IMG/VR virus record: IMGVR_UViG_3300028833_000058
Length of the DNA: 64,000 nt
Reading direction: 5' to 3' (one strand)
Source: a virus
Lineage: Duplodnaviria > Caudoviricetes
Shown here piece after piece: positions 49,699-59,013 of the stretch; positions within the stretch are counted from its first letter, which is position 1, and every line of letters starts with the position of its first letter. The translations under genes and the position numbers were made by a program. Under the pieces are notes generated by a model, which saw only the letters and a list, made by a program, of their open reading frames with translations, was not told the origin of the DNA and searched no databases.

Positions 49699-50286
49699 TT
49701 AGAGGTGTTTTTCAGCAAGTACATCCATGGCTCCAAAGTCGATACTTTCTTGAGCTGACATCCAAAAATCACGATTACAAGCTGTTTTTAACTCTTCTAC
49801 TGATTTGTTACAACAGTTAGCTAAATGATTGAAAATACTGTCATTTGCCACAACTGTCTCTTTCATTGATATTTCCATATCTTGTATTTTACCTTCTATA
49901 CCAGAAGAAACAGAATGTAGCATAATTCTTGCGTTTGGATAGACTTTTCTATGTCCTTTTTCACCAGACACAGCTATAACAGCTGACATACTAGCTGTCT
50001 CACCGATGACTGTTGTATAAACTGGACATTTTATAATGTTCATGGTTGAAATTATAGACCAACCTTGCGCTACTGAACCACCAGGTCCACTAATCAACAT
50101 TGTAATCGGTTTGTTTTGGTCTGCTGACTCTAAATACAACAACTGAGCTACTGTAGATTCTGCTAATTCTTCATTTACTCTACCTATACAGAGTATAATT
50201 CTATCGTTTAACAATCTGGTACTCAAGTCAATCATTCTTGTTGTACCATTCTTATCTGTATGTAAAACTCCTGGTGTTCCTAACAT
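49699..50286 (-). CDS. clpP: ClpP-family serine protease subunit
   Basis: RLLNDRII, AQLLYLES, PGGSV, ASM (Ser), MLH (His), RDFWMSAQE (Asp). Confidence 0.93.
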   Translation of the reverse strand: MLGTPGVLHTDKNGTTRMIDLSTRLLNDRIILCIGRVNEELAESTVAQLLYLESADQNKPITMLISGPGGSVAQGWSIISTMNIIKCPVYTTVIGETASMSAVIAVSGEKGHRKVYPNARIMLHSVSSGIEGKIQDMEISMKETVVANDSIFNHLANCCNKSVEELKTACNRDFWMSAQESIDFGAMDVLAEKHL

Positions 50287-50304
50287 ATCACAACTCCTTT
50301 ATTT

Positions 50305-50997
50305 TTAATATTCCATGGATAAAAAGACCAAAGCGTTTGCTTTAACCTCTATCTTATCAGCATATTTTTTAATGTAATCAAATTCTTCTTCAGAAAATTT
50401 AGATTTATCAAAAGTTTTAGCTGTCCCATTAATTTTTAAACAAATCAATCCTGTGTAAGCATCAAATTTTCGTTTAGCGACTACATGATAACCATTTTTT
50501 GTCTCTAAAAAGGTTTCAAAATGCTCTCCACATAACTTTTTTATTATATTTACTATCTTCATGTCTTGAACATCAATGTCAAATAACCATTTACGAGCAT
50601 CTTTATCTGAAGATTCATCTTTCATAATGTTACTTTGAAGTAAATTGTCTAATATTTTTGGTGAATATTCACTTTTGGTTGAACCGATGGCACAATCTAA
50701 GTGTTTATTTATGTCATTTCTTATAGACAACATGGTTTTCGAATAAGATTTTCTATCTGTACACATATACAGTCTGCATTTGTGTAATTTCATTATATCT
50801 GTCATCTCTGTTGCCCAAAACCAATGAAAATCTCTTAAGTCTTTTATAATCCAAGTCTTTATAACTTGACTTTCTTTCATTTGTAGCTCTGGATTGTCTT
50901 TTCTACGTTTAATTGCAACAAAGTAATAAAAAGACTTTGTTGGATTGAACTGAAGCATCGGTTTTATCATTTCAAAACTGTTAAATATTCTTGTCAT
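50305..50997 (-). CDS. Hypothetical protein with AEP/primase-like motifs
   Basis: WLFDID (DxD) and ETKNGYHVV (SxxGxH-like) motifs. Confidence 0.45.
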   Translation of the reverse strand: MTRIFNSFEMIKPMLQFNPTKSFYYFVAIKRRKDNPELQMKESQVIKTWIIKDLRDFHWFWATEMTDIMKLHKCRLYMCTDRKSYSKTMLSIRNDINKHLDCAIGSTKSEYSPKILDNLLQSNIMKDESSDKDARKWLFDIDVQDMKIVNIIKKLCGEHFETFLETKNGYHVVAKRKFDAYTGLICLKINGTAKTFDKSKFSEEEFDYIKKYADKIEVKANALVFLSMEY

Positions 50998-51006
50998 AAC
51001 ATTTTC

Positions 51007-52434
51007 CTATGCAGGGTCATCAGATGGATTAAAATCTACCACGTTGATAGCACTTTGCTTTTCAACTTTATAAAAAGGACCAACTTTTTCAAGCATTTTT
51101 TTAAGTCTTGGACGTATAGACTGTTCTTCAAAGTCAACTACACCATTTTCGACAACATTCTTCTTACGAAGTAAAATACGAGCCATTATACGACCAAGTT
51201 CATAACACATATTTTCATCGAACCCACGTGTTGTAATCGCAGCTGTTCCAACTCTTATAGCGGAAGACTTAGACGGCTTAGAATCACCAATCATCATGTT
51301 TTTATTACAGATTATATCATAAGAAGTTAACAAATCCTCTGCTTGTTTACCATTTATGCCAGTATCTCTTAAATTTATAAGTACCATGTGGTTTTCAGAG
51401 CCACCACCTATAAATTTTATCTTTTCTTCTGTATCTTCTTTCTTTATACCGTTTATAAGAGCTTGCATGTTGATATAAACTTGTTCCATGTAATCCCTAA
51501 AGCTTGGTCTTAAAGCTTCTATAAAACATTGACATTTAGCAGCAACTAGAGCTTCGTTTGGTCCACCTTGAATTTTAGGGAATACACCAGAATTTAATTT
51601 TGAACACAAGTTTTTATCATTCCAAAGAATAATACCACCTCTTGGTCCTCTTAATGTTTTATGAGTAGTAGAAGTAACAACGTCACACCATTTAAGCGGA
51701 TTATATTTATCTTTCCATAGATGAGCAGCGATGAATCCCATTACATGAGCTGAATCAGACATAAGATAACATTTGTATTCATCATCTAAATACCAATCTA
51801 TAACGGCTTCGTATCCTCCTTCACTGTTTCTAGCACGGATTTCATATTCGTTTCTTAAATTTTCATTATATTCATCTACAATTTTTCTAATTCTTTCGTA
51901 ATCAATACGTTTAGAATAAGCTGAAGCTCCAACAACTAATAATCTTGGGTGATGTTTTTCAAGTTTTTCTTTGATTTCATCATAATTTAGCTCACCATTT
52001 TCGTCTAAACCATAATAAAATGCGTTATAAATACTTCCTGTTGAAGAAGCTTTAGAAAAATGTGTAAGATGACCACCGTATTCTAATCCCATACCTAATA
52101 CAGTGTCACCTGGTTTCAATAATCCAGAATATACAGCTTGATTAGCTTGAGAACCAGAATGAGGTTGAACATTAGCGTAATTACATTCAAACAGCTCACA
52201 AGCTTTTTCTATTGTATATTCTTCTAGTTTATCAATAACTTCACAGCCTGCATAGTGTCTTCCTTGTTTAGATATTTTCTTTGGGAACCCTTCTGCATAT
52301 TTAACTGAAAAATGTGAACCTAATAAGTCTAAAATATCTTGTGATGGATAATTTTCTGAAGCGATAAGCTCAATTCCATCGTTTAATCTTTTTGTTTCTT
52401 CTATTTCTAATTCTTCTAATGTGGAATCAGTCAT
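51007..52434 (-). CDS. glyA: Serine hydroxymethyltransferase
   Basis: LIASENY, KYAEG, NVQPHSGSQAN, GGHLTH, TTHKTLRGPRGG (PLP lysine), QGGP, IRVGTAAITTRGF. Confidence 0.97.
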   Translation of the reverse strand: MTDSTLEELEIEETKRLNDGIELIASENYPSQDILDLLGSHFSVKYAEGFPKKISKQGRHYAGCEVIDKLEEYTIEKACELFECNYANVQPHSGSQANQAVYSGLLKPGDTVLGMGLEYGGHLTHFSKASSTGSIYNAFYYGLDENGELNYDEIKEKLEKHHPRLLVVGASAYSKRIDYERIRKIVDEYNENLRNEYEIRARNSEGGYEAVIDWYLDDEYKCYLMSDSAHVMGFIAAHLWKDKYNPLKWCDVVTSTTHKTLRGPRGGIILWNDKNLCSKLNSGVFPKIQGGPNEALVAAKCQCFIEALRPSFRDYMEQVYINMQALINGIKKEDTEEKIKFIGGGSENHMVLINLRDTGINGKQAEDLLTSYDIICNKNMMIGDSKPSKSSAIRVGTAAITTRGFDENMCYELGRIMARILLRKKNVVENGVVDFEEQSIRPRLKKMLEKVGPFYKVEKQSAINVVDFNPSDDPA

Positions 52435-52443
52435 GTTTACCTC

Positions 52444-52602
52444 TTATTTATCAAAAAAGTGAGCCCATAAAGCAAATTCTATAAAAGCTTCTATGAATCC
52501 AATAGAGCCAGCGATTGTTAGTTTATCTGTAATAGCTGGGTCTATTTCTTTACTTAAGCAATTTGTTATAGCAAGATAAATTAAAAGTATGAAACATATC
52601 AT
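52444..52602 (-). CDS. Small membrane protein (52 aa, not in the ORF track)
   Basis: MICFILLIYLAITNCLSKEIDPAITDKLTIAGSIGFIEAFIEFALWAHFFDK*; AGGAG RBS; upstream TTTACA-N17-TAAAAA. Confidence 0.6.
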   Translation of the reverse strand: MICFILLIYLAITNCLSKEIDPAITDKLTIAGSIGFIEAFIEFALWAHFFDK

Positions 52603-52920
52603 GTTTAATCTCCTAAATTTCAAGTTATTAACGTTTTTAGTTCATTAAAGCTAAATTGTAAAGTTAATTTTCTTCTTTAATCACAAAACCACTTTTTCTT
52701 TTATAATACGTAGTATTATTTTAAATTTTTTCTTTTTTGATTAATGAATCTGAATCTTTTCTTATTCTCTTCTTTTTCTTTTATATTACTTTTCTTTTTC
52801 TTTCTTTTCTTTTGTATTTCAGCATGTGAAAAATTTCAAAATATTTTTCTTTTTTGTAAAAATTTACATGTTCTAACAATTATCATAAACTTTAACACTA
52901 AACAAAGATTATACAAAACA

Positions 52921-53319
52921 ATGAGAAGTAAACTAGACAGCGAATTGAAGATTGAGATATTAATCAAACTTGCTTTTGGTATAACTATCGAAAATCTTAT
53001 GGAAGAATATGACTTAACAAAAGCTAAAATTGTTAATTTAAGAAAGAATAATTATAAGTTGTACAATGAGTTTTTTAATTATTGGAAGATAGACAAAGAT
53101 GTTGCTGTCTTAGACTTATCTCCAAAATATGAAAGAGCTTTGTCGATTATAAAGAAACACTTTAAAGATAAAGTTAAAATCTTATCTTCGGATGAAATTT
53201 TCGTAAAAGGTAAGAAATGTACATCGTCTGATTTAATTAACATTGCAGACGAGATTTTACAAAAAGATAATATTAGGTGTTTTAAAGAAATGCCTATCTA
53301 CATAAAAAATCACTATTAG
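52921..53319 (+). CDS. Putative helix-turn-helix DNA-binding protein
   Basis: GITIENLMEEYDLTKAKIVNLRK HTH-like segment. Start reassigned to ATG 52921; TGTTCTA motif at 52869-52875. Confidence 0.55.
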   Translation: MRSKLDSELKIEILIKLAFGITIENLMEEYDLTKAKIVNLRKNNYKLYNEFFNYWKIDKDVAVLDLSPKYERALSIIKKHFKDKVKILSSDEIFVKGKKCTSSDLINIADEILQKDNIRCFKEMPIYIKNHY

Positions 53320-53334
53320 AAGGAAGGAAACAAA

Positions 53335-53730
53335 ATGACTATTGTTAAAAAAGACATGGAATTACCAGAAGAATATGCTTCAAGACAACAGTGGGCCGAA
53401 AACCAAAAGTGTGTATTCATGAATATGCTCAATGGTGTTTCATTTAACACTGTGGATAACAAATATCACATGATGCCAATTCAATATTCTGATGTTAATA
53501 TGGAGGGTGAAAAAATTAGGTTTAATGATAACCGTGAGTTTATGGTTATCTACTCTTGTTTAGCTTCAGAATATGCTCATAAACAGGAAGTAAGAGATGA
53601 ATGGTGGGCTAAAGCAAGAGAGTTGATTGAGGGATATAAAAAAGCTCAACAGATGGAAGATTATATTGCTTCAAATAACGGTGTAGACCTGAAAAAGATG
53701 CGTCAAGAAGGTAGTTTAGACGAGGAATAA
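53335..53730 (+). CDS. Hypothetical protein
   Basis: 131-aa ORF with AAGGA RBS. Confidence 0.7.
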   Translation: MTIVKKDMELPEEYASRQQWAENQKCVFMNMLNGVSFNTVDNKYHMMPIQYSDVNMEGEKIRFNDNREFMVIYSCLASEYAHKQEVRDEWWAKARELIEGYKKAQQMEDYIASNNGVDLKKMRQEGSLDEE

Positions 53731-53731
53731 C

Positions 53732-54016
53732 ATGACATCTACTTACAGTAAAATCAAAAGTATAGCAGATGACATCGGATTATCAGAATCTAAAGTCACT
53801 ATGGTACTTTATGATTACTTAAGTTATTGTTTGCAAGAAGCTCTCCTTGACAATGAGTCCCATACAATTTTTGGTAAACTTAAGTTAGACGAAAATGATA
53901 GATTTGTTTTACAGAACGATAAGTTTGGGTTAATAAGTCTATTAGGTAAAAAAGATTTAAAGCTCTTACGTAAGATTGCTGAAGATGGTCCAGATAGTTC
54001 GGTGTTTCAAATATGA
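53732..54016 (+). CDS. HU/IHF-like small DNA-binding protein (divergent)
   Basis: IKSIADDIGLSESKVTMVLYDYL...L...IFGKLKL resembles the HU helix1-helix2-FG strand pattern. Confidence 0.45.
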   Translation: MTSTYSKIKSIADDIGLSESKVTMVLYDYLSYCLQEALLDNESHTIFGKLKLDENDRFVLQNDKFGLISLLGKKDLKLLRKIAEDGPDSSVFQI

Positions 54017-54249
54017 TGAATAAAACAGAACATATGTTTGAAGAAGACATAAATGACTTTTTAGAAGAAAGTTTTGATTTATGTAGAACGAATCGGGAAG
54101 AAATTTATTGGTTAATTACTGTGTTGCGTGGATTTATGAACATTGGTAACAAAAGAATAGAACCAAAAACAGATGTTTATAGGTTGAACTATTGGCAATG
54201 TTTGTTGAATCCAGCTATACAAAGACTAAAAAAGAAATATTGGTGTTAG
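54013..54249 (+). CDS. Hypothetical protein
   Basis: 78-aa ORF with ATGA coupling to the upstream gene. Confidence 0.6.
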   Translation: MMNKTEHMFEEDINDFLEESFDLCRTNREEIYWLITVLRGFMNIGNKRIEPKTDVYRLNYWQCLLNPAIQRLKKKYWC

Positions 54250-54250
54250 C

Positions 54251-54733
54251 ATGGAAAAGAAGAAACGTGGTGAATTTGAGTTATCCGATAGTGAATTAGG
54301 GTCAAGAGAGATGGTTCTAATTGCTATGAGTATGCTTGAATCAAGAGGGTACCCAGGCTTCGTTGAGCTTCTCTCTATATTAGAAAAACCAGAGATAATC
54401 TTAAAAATAATACGTTTTTTGTATGGTACAACTATAAAAGTTCCACCGTTAGGTGAGTTTGTAACTTGTTTAAGAGCTGCTGAATATACCTATTGCGACT
54501 TTCATAAAATGTTGAACAGGAAATTAGCAGTTCAACCTAAACAAATACAAGAAGTTTTGGACATTGACGATGAAGAAATGTCTAAAATACAGGATGTTTT
54601 TCAACAATGGATAGAATATACACATAAACAAGGTATCCATATTGAAAATCTAATGCACATAAACAGAAATAACACTGTGAAGAGAATAAAAGCTATACAA
54701 CAAGGCACATATAAGAAAGGACAATACAAATAA
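54251..54733 (+). CDS. Putative Mor/C-like transcription regulator
   Basis: ILKIIRFLYGTTIKVP resembles the Mor-family GxxIYIP motif, followed by an HTH-like segment. Confidence 0.4.
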   Translation: MEKKKRGEFELSDSELGSREMVLIAMSMLESRGYPGFVELLSILEKPEIILKIIRFLYGTTIKVPPLGEFVTCLRAAEYTYCDFHKMLNRKLAVQPKQIQEVLDIDDEEMSKIQDVFQQWIEYTHKQGIHIENLMHINRNNTVKRIKAIQQGTYKKGQYK

Positions 54734-54743
54734 GGAAAAAGAA

Positions 54744-55436
54744 ATGGCTGGAGAGAACGATTTACCTAAATATTGGAATGAAGACACAGGTGAAGTGTTT
54801 GAAACATATCCTGAAAATACACAGGCTTTAGTACCTCAAGAAGAAGTACCACCGCTTCCTACTATTGCTGAACAAACAGAAATTGTAAAAGCATCTGAGG
54901 TGAGTAAAGAAAATATGACTATGCTCAATTCTCTCGTTGAGATGAATAAAGTAGCTGAAACGTTAAATGCTTTAAGGTCAACAGAATCTCAAGAAATGAG
55001 ACGTAATGTTTTAACAGCATGGTGCGAATCGTTTGTTAATTCTAGAATGATAAACAATGTTGCTGCTGAAAAGTTAAAGGCAAGAATTTTAAATAAATTA
55101 AGTGACAATTTAGATGTATTAGATTTAGAGACAATTTCACGTATTTACAATGACTTACATGAAGTTTCGGCTGTTGATATGCAACAAGCTAATTCTATGG
55201 TTAGTGGTAATATGGGTGGATTTCCTCAATCAATGGGTACAACTGTAAATTTAAACTTGGCAACAGGTGAAAATGGTGTTGTAACATCACAAACACTAAA
55301 CGCAACACCACAACAAGTAGGTCAATTAAAGGAAGTAACACAGATGAATACAGCCATAAAAGGTTGGAGTAATGTAGCACTTCCTAGAAAAAAAGTCATG
55401 GATGCAGAATTCGAATTGGAACCGAAAAAGGAATAA
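54744..55436 (+). CDS. Possible terminase small subunit
   Basis: Helical protein directly upstream of terL with a C-terminal VMDAEFE motif; inferred from position. Confidence 0.4.
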   Translation: MAGENDLPKYWNEDTGEVFETYPENTQALVPQEEVPPLPTIAEQTEIVKASEVSKENMTMLNSLVEMNKVAETLNALRSTESQEMRRNVLTAWCESFVNSRMINNVAAEKLKARILNKLSDNLDVLDLETISRIYNDLHEVSAVDMQQANSMVSGNMGGFPQSMGTTVNLNLATGENGVVTSQTLNATPQQVGQLKEVTQMNTAIKGWSNVALPRKKVMDAEFELEPKKE

Positions 55437-55439
55437 TTT

Positions 55440-57470
55440 ATGGAACAGTTACCTGCTGACATTGAAGAAAAGTTAGAAAGACTTCCAATAATACCTTTCG
55501 ATGGGTCACAAGAATTTCAAGAAGTTATTTTTTCTAATGATTTCAATGACATATTCGATTACTATTCTAAAAATTATATGCCTGATGTGGTAAAAAGTAA
55601 GCCAGAGCTATATCAGCGTGTATCTCTCTATTTGACACTCACTAATCAAGACACATCTATTGTTGAACAAACTGATGAAGTTTTATACAGAAGACCATGC
55701 CCAGACATTCATACGTTTTTGAATGATAATTTTTACATGGGTTATTCAAACGCAACTCTTTATCCGTTTTGGAAAGATGTTTTAGAAAATATCTTTAAAG
55801 ATGGTTCGCCGATTCGTAAGACTATTTTCGGCGGTTCAATTGGTATTGGCAAAAGCACGGTAGCCCGTAAAGCATTTTTATATGTGTTATATCGAGTTCT
55901 TTGTTTACGTTACCCAAGAGCAGCTTTTAATATTGACCAAGATTCTACAATTGCAAATGTTGTTATTGCTACTACTTTAAAACAGGTTTATGAGGTTAAC
56001 TTACTTCCTTTTGTTAAATTGATGGAAAGTATGCCGTGTTTTCAAAGAGTTATGTCTGTTAGGTCATTTGAAAATTTTAATTTAGATGACCCTCATTGTC
56101 CGATACCTTTTAATTTATCTAAGAGCGATGGTACTGTGTATTTTCCAGATAATATAATTTTAACAAGTGGAAGTAATGCACAACATTTCACTGGTATGAA
56201 CGTAATAAATTCTTTTTGTGATGAGATTAACGATTACGGTACTATTGAAAATACGATGGCTCTTTTGAATACATTAGATAATCGTTTTAGTTCACGTTTC
56301 CAAGGCTCAGATTTAGTGTTTCAGTCTATTGTATCATCAGCTCGTACAGAAAATAGTGCAATGGGTGAATACATTAGACATTTACCTAAAAATGACCCAT
56401 CTATATTGTTATTATCACCAAAATTATATGAAGTTAAACCAGACCCAGAGTTTAGAGGTGATGGTACAGTATTTTGGGTTCAAGTGGGTAATGGAAGTAT
56501 ACCTTCTAAAATTATTACAGACCCAGGTGAATTAAAAGCAATAGAAGATAAGACTTATGAGGTACCAGCAGGTTGTGTTTTAATTGACGTTCCTACTCCA
56601 TATCGTTCTAAATTTGAATTACAGCTTGACCAGTCTATACAAGATATCGCTGGTATGACTACAAGTGATAATAATAGTGTATTTAGAGATACAACACGTC
56701 TTGAAGAACCATTTTTAACTCCAGAGATGTATTTTGACGTAAGTATTCGTGAAGATGTAGATATATTATCTTTAATTGAACCATATAACTTGTTTGAAAA
56801 GACAATAAATGACCGTTGGCAATTTAAAAGAGCTCCTTTGGCAAATCGCTACATTCACGTTGATTTATCAGGTGGTGGTTCAGAAGGTCAATGTGATACT
56901 GGATTGTGTGTATTACATAAAGAGTGGAGAATGAATCCTAACACAAAAGAAAAAGAAGTTATATATGTTGTTGACTTACAGTTGTTTATAAACGCTAAAA
57001 ATAAAGTCGATGTTCATGCCATACAAAATTTCCTTATTAATTTAGTAACAGATAAAAATATTCCAGTTCATACAGTTTCTTTTGACCAATATAACTCTCT
57101 TATGATATTACAACAATTAGAAGCATCAGGTTGTTTTGTTAATGTAGAGAAGGTTTCAGTTGATATTAAATTAGAACCGTATACAAACGCTGCAAGTCTT
57201 ATGGAAAAAGGTCAAGTTAAAATAGGTAACGCTCCAAAACTTAAAAAAGAATTAGAAGCATTAGTCATTGATAAAGGTAAAGTAACACGAACAACAGAGT
57301 TAAAAGATGGTCCTGATAGTTTGGTAGGCGCAATCTGGGATGCCCAAATGAATTACAGTGACTTTCCTTTATATGAATTCCAAGACCCAAGAGAACAAAG
57401 TGTAGAAGATATAGATAATTACGAAGATTTAATTGATACATCTTCTGAGTTACTTTTAGACTTGAAATAA
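55440..57470 (+). CDS. terL: Terminase large subunit
   Basis: Walker A GGSIGIGKS, Walker B SFCDE, coupling motif VSS, nuclease IHVDLS...SFDQYNS...KDGPDSL. Confidence 0.88.
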   Translation: MEQLPADIEEKLERLPIIPFDGSQEFQEVIFSNDFNDIFDYYSKNYMPDVVKSKPELYQRVSLYLTLTNQDTSIVEQTDEVLYRRPCPDIHTFLNDNFYMGYSNATLYPFWKDVLENIFKDGSPIRKTIFGGSIGIGKSTVARKAFLYVLYRVLCLRYPRAAFNIDQDSTIANVVIATTLKQVYEVNLLPFVKLMESMPCFQRVMSVRSFENFNLDDPHCPIPFNLSKSDGTVYFPDNIILTSGSNAQHFTGMNVINSFCDEINDYGTIENTMALLNTLDNRFSSRFQGSDLVFQSIVSSARTENSAMGEYIRHLPKNDPSILLLSPKLYEVKPDPEFRGDGTVFWVQVGNGSIPSKIITDPGELKAIEDKTYEVPAGCVLIDVPTPYRSKFELQLDQSIQDIAGMTTSDNNSVFRDTTRLEEPFLTPEMYFDVSIREDVDILSLIEPYNLFEKTINDRWQFKRAPLANRYIHVDLSGGGSEGQCDTGLCVLHKEWRMNPNTKEKEVIYVVDLQLFINAKNKVDVHAIQNFLINLVTDKNIPVHTVSFDQYNSLMILQQLEASGCFVNVEKVSVDIKLEPYTNAASLMEKGQVKIGNAPKLKKELEALVIDKGKVTRTTELKDGPDSLVGAIWDAQMNYSDFPLYEFQDPREQSVEDIDNYEDLIDTSSELLLDLK

Positions 57471-57491
57471 AATTGGTTGAAAAACGAGTTT

Positions 57492-57525
57492 TTGACTTTA
57501 CATAATCACGAATCTAAAATATAAC
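57492..57525 (+). promoter_or_regulatory. sigma70-like promoter upstream of recA
   Basis: TTGACT-N17-TAAAAT, overlapped by TTTACA-N17-TATAAC. Confidence 0.65.
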
Positions 57526-57557
57526 CCAGTTAATGATAACACAGAGAGGGATTTGAA

Positions 57558-58664
57558 ATGGCAAAAGTTAAAGAAGAGAAAACGCAGCTTGATAAAGATG
57601 TTGAAGCAGCTTTAGCTATACTAAATAAAACATTTGGTGAGGGAACTGCTTTAACCTTTGATAGCACCTATGTTCAAAACATTGATGTTGTGTCAACAGG
57701 TTCTTTAAATCTTGATGTTGCACTTGGAGTTGGTGGCTTGCCTATGGGTAGGTTCAGTTGTATTTATGGTGAACCATCATCAGGAAAAACAACCATTGCT
57801 CTTCAAGTTTGTGCAGAAGCTCAAAAGAAAGGGTATCTTGTTGCTTATTTAGATAGTGAACATGCTATGGATATGGGTTATGCCAGAGCTTTAGGTGTTG
57901 ATTTAAAACATTTACTATTCTGCCAACCAGATTCTGGTACTCAATGCTTTAGAATCGCTGAACAAATGTTAAAAACAACAAATGTTAAGGTAATAATTTT
58001 CGATTCTGTTACTACCATGATATCAGAAGCAGAAGAAAATAGTGAAATGGGTGCCAATAACATTGGTAGACAAGCTAAAATGATGTCTGATGGATTAAAA
58101 AGGCTTACTCCATTAGTTTCTAAGGCTGGTGCAATGTGTCTATTTATTTCACAGACACGTAAAAACATAGGCCAAATGTTTGGTGATATAGATACAATGA
58201 GTGGTGGTGATGCTTTAAAATTTTATACCACAATCATCATGAAAATTTGGAAAAAACAATCACCTATGACAGAAAAAATAAATGGTGAAGATATTGCAAC
58301 ATCAGTAGAAACTACAGTGAAAGTAACTAAAAATAAAGTTGCTCCTCCGTTTCGTGTAGCAAAATTTATTATCAGATATGGAAAAGGTGTATCTCAAACA
58401 GAAGAAATAGTAGATTTGGCTGTTAAATTCGGTTTAATAGAGAAATCTGGTGGATGGTTTAGATATAAGGATGAAAAAATTCAAGGGAAAGATAATGTTA
58501 TCAGTTGGTTAAAAAATAACGAATCTTTGCAAGAACATTTTAAAGAAACTATTATGAAATACATAACAGAGAAACAAAATGAAATGGGACTTGTTAGTAA
58601 CGAAGAAGAATCTCTTGAATATGACCCAGAAACAGGTGAAATTATAAAAACAAATGAAGATTAA
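57558..58664 (+). CDS. recA: RecA recombinase
   Basis: [58 protein letters not shown]. Confidence 0.97.
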   Translation: MAKVKEEKTQLDKDVEAALAILNKTFGEGTALTFDSTYVQNIDVVSTGSLNLDVALGVGGLPMGRFSCIYGEPSSGKTTIALQVCAEAQKKGYLVAYLDSEHAMDMGYARALGVDLKHLLFCQPDSGTQCFRIAEQMLKTTNVKVIIFDSVTTMISEAEENSEMGANNIGRQAKMMSDGLKRLTPLVSKAGAMCLFISQTRKNIGQMFGDIDTMSGGDALKFYTTIIMKIWKKQSPMTEKINGEDIATSVETTVKVTKNKVAPPFRVAKFIIRYGKGVSQTEEIVDLAVKFGLIEKSGGWFRYKDEKIQGKDNVISWLKNNESLQEHFKETIMKYITEKQNEMGLVSNEEESLEYDPETGEIIKTNED

Positions 58665-58693
58665 CAATTTTAATTTTAGGAAAGGAAAATAAA

Positions 58694-58960
58694 ATGGCAA
58701 AAAATAAAGTTATTTCTGACCCAGCAAGCAGTCAAGTGGATAAAGAACGTTTGATTAGTCTTGTTGAAAGGATTGAACGTATAAATGAAGAAATTGCTGG
58801 TTTGACAGAAGACCGTAAAGACATCATGCTCGAAGCTAAATCAGCAGGTTTTGATACAAAGGCTATTAACCACGTTATCAAACTTCGTAAAAAGAACGCT
58901 TCTGAAAGAGAAATGGAAGAAGAATTGTTTACAACTTATGAACACGCTGTTGGTTTGTAA
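58694..58960 (+). CDS. gapR: GapR/DUF2312 family DNA-binding protein
   Basis: RLISLVERIERINEEI...DRKDIMLEAKSAGFDTKAINHVIKLRKK...E...YEHAVGL matches the DUF2312 consensus. Confidence 0.9.
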   Translation: MAKNKVISDPASSQVDKERLISLVERIERINEEIAGLTEDRKDIMLEAKSAGFDTKAINHVIKLRKKNASEREMEEELFTTYEHAVGL

Positions 58961-58969
58961 AAATATAAT

Positions 58970-58997
58970 TTTACTTTTGGTCTAAATTTAATATACT
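58970..58997 (+). promoter_or_regulatory. sigma70-like promoter upstream of the DNA polymerase gene
   Basis: TTTACT-N16-TATACT. Confidence 0.55.
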
Positions 58998-59013
58998 CAC
59001 ATATATTTAGACT

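Noticed and set aside
52744-52920. Phe-rich N-terminal extension of the ORF-track call 52744-53319
   Set aside because: It is a translation of the T-rich intergenic tract; ATG 52921 after the TGTTCTA motif is the more plausible start.
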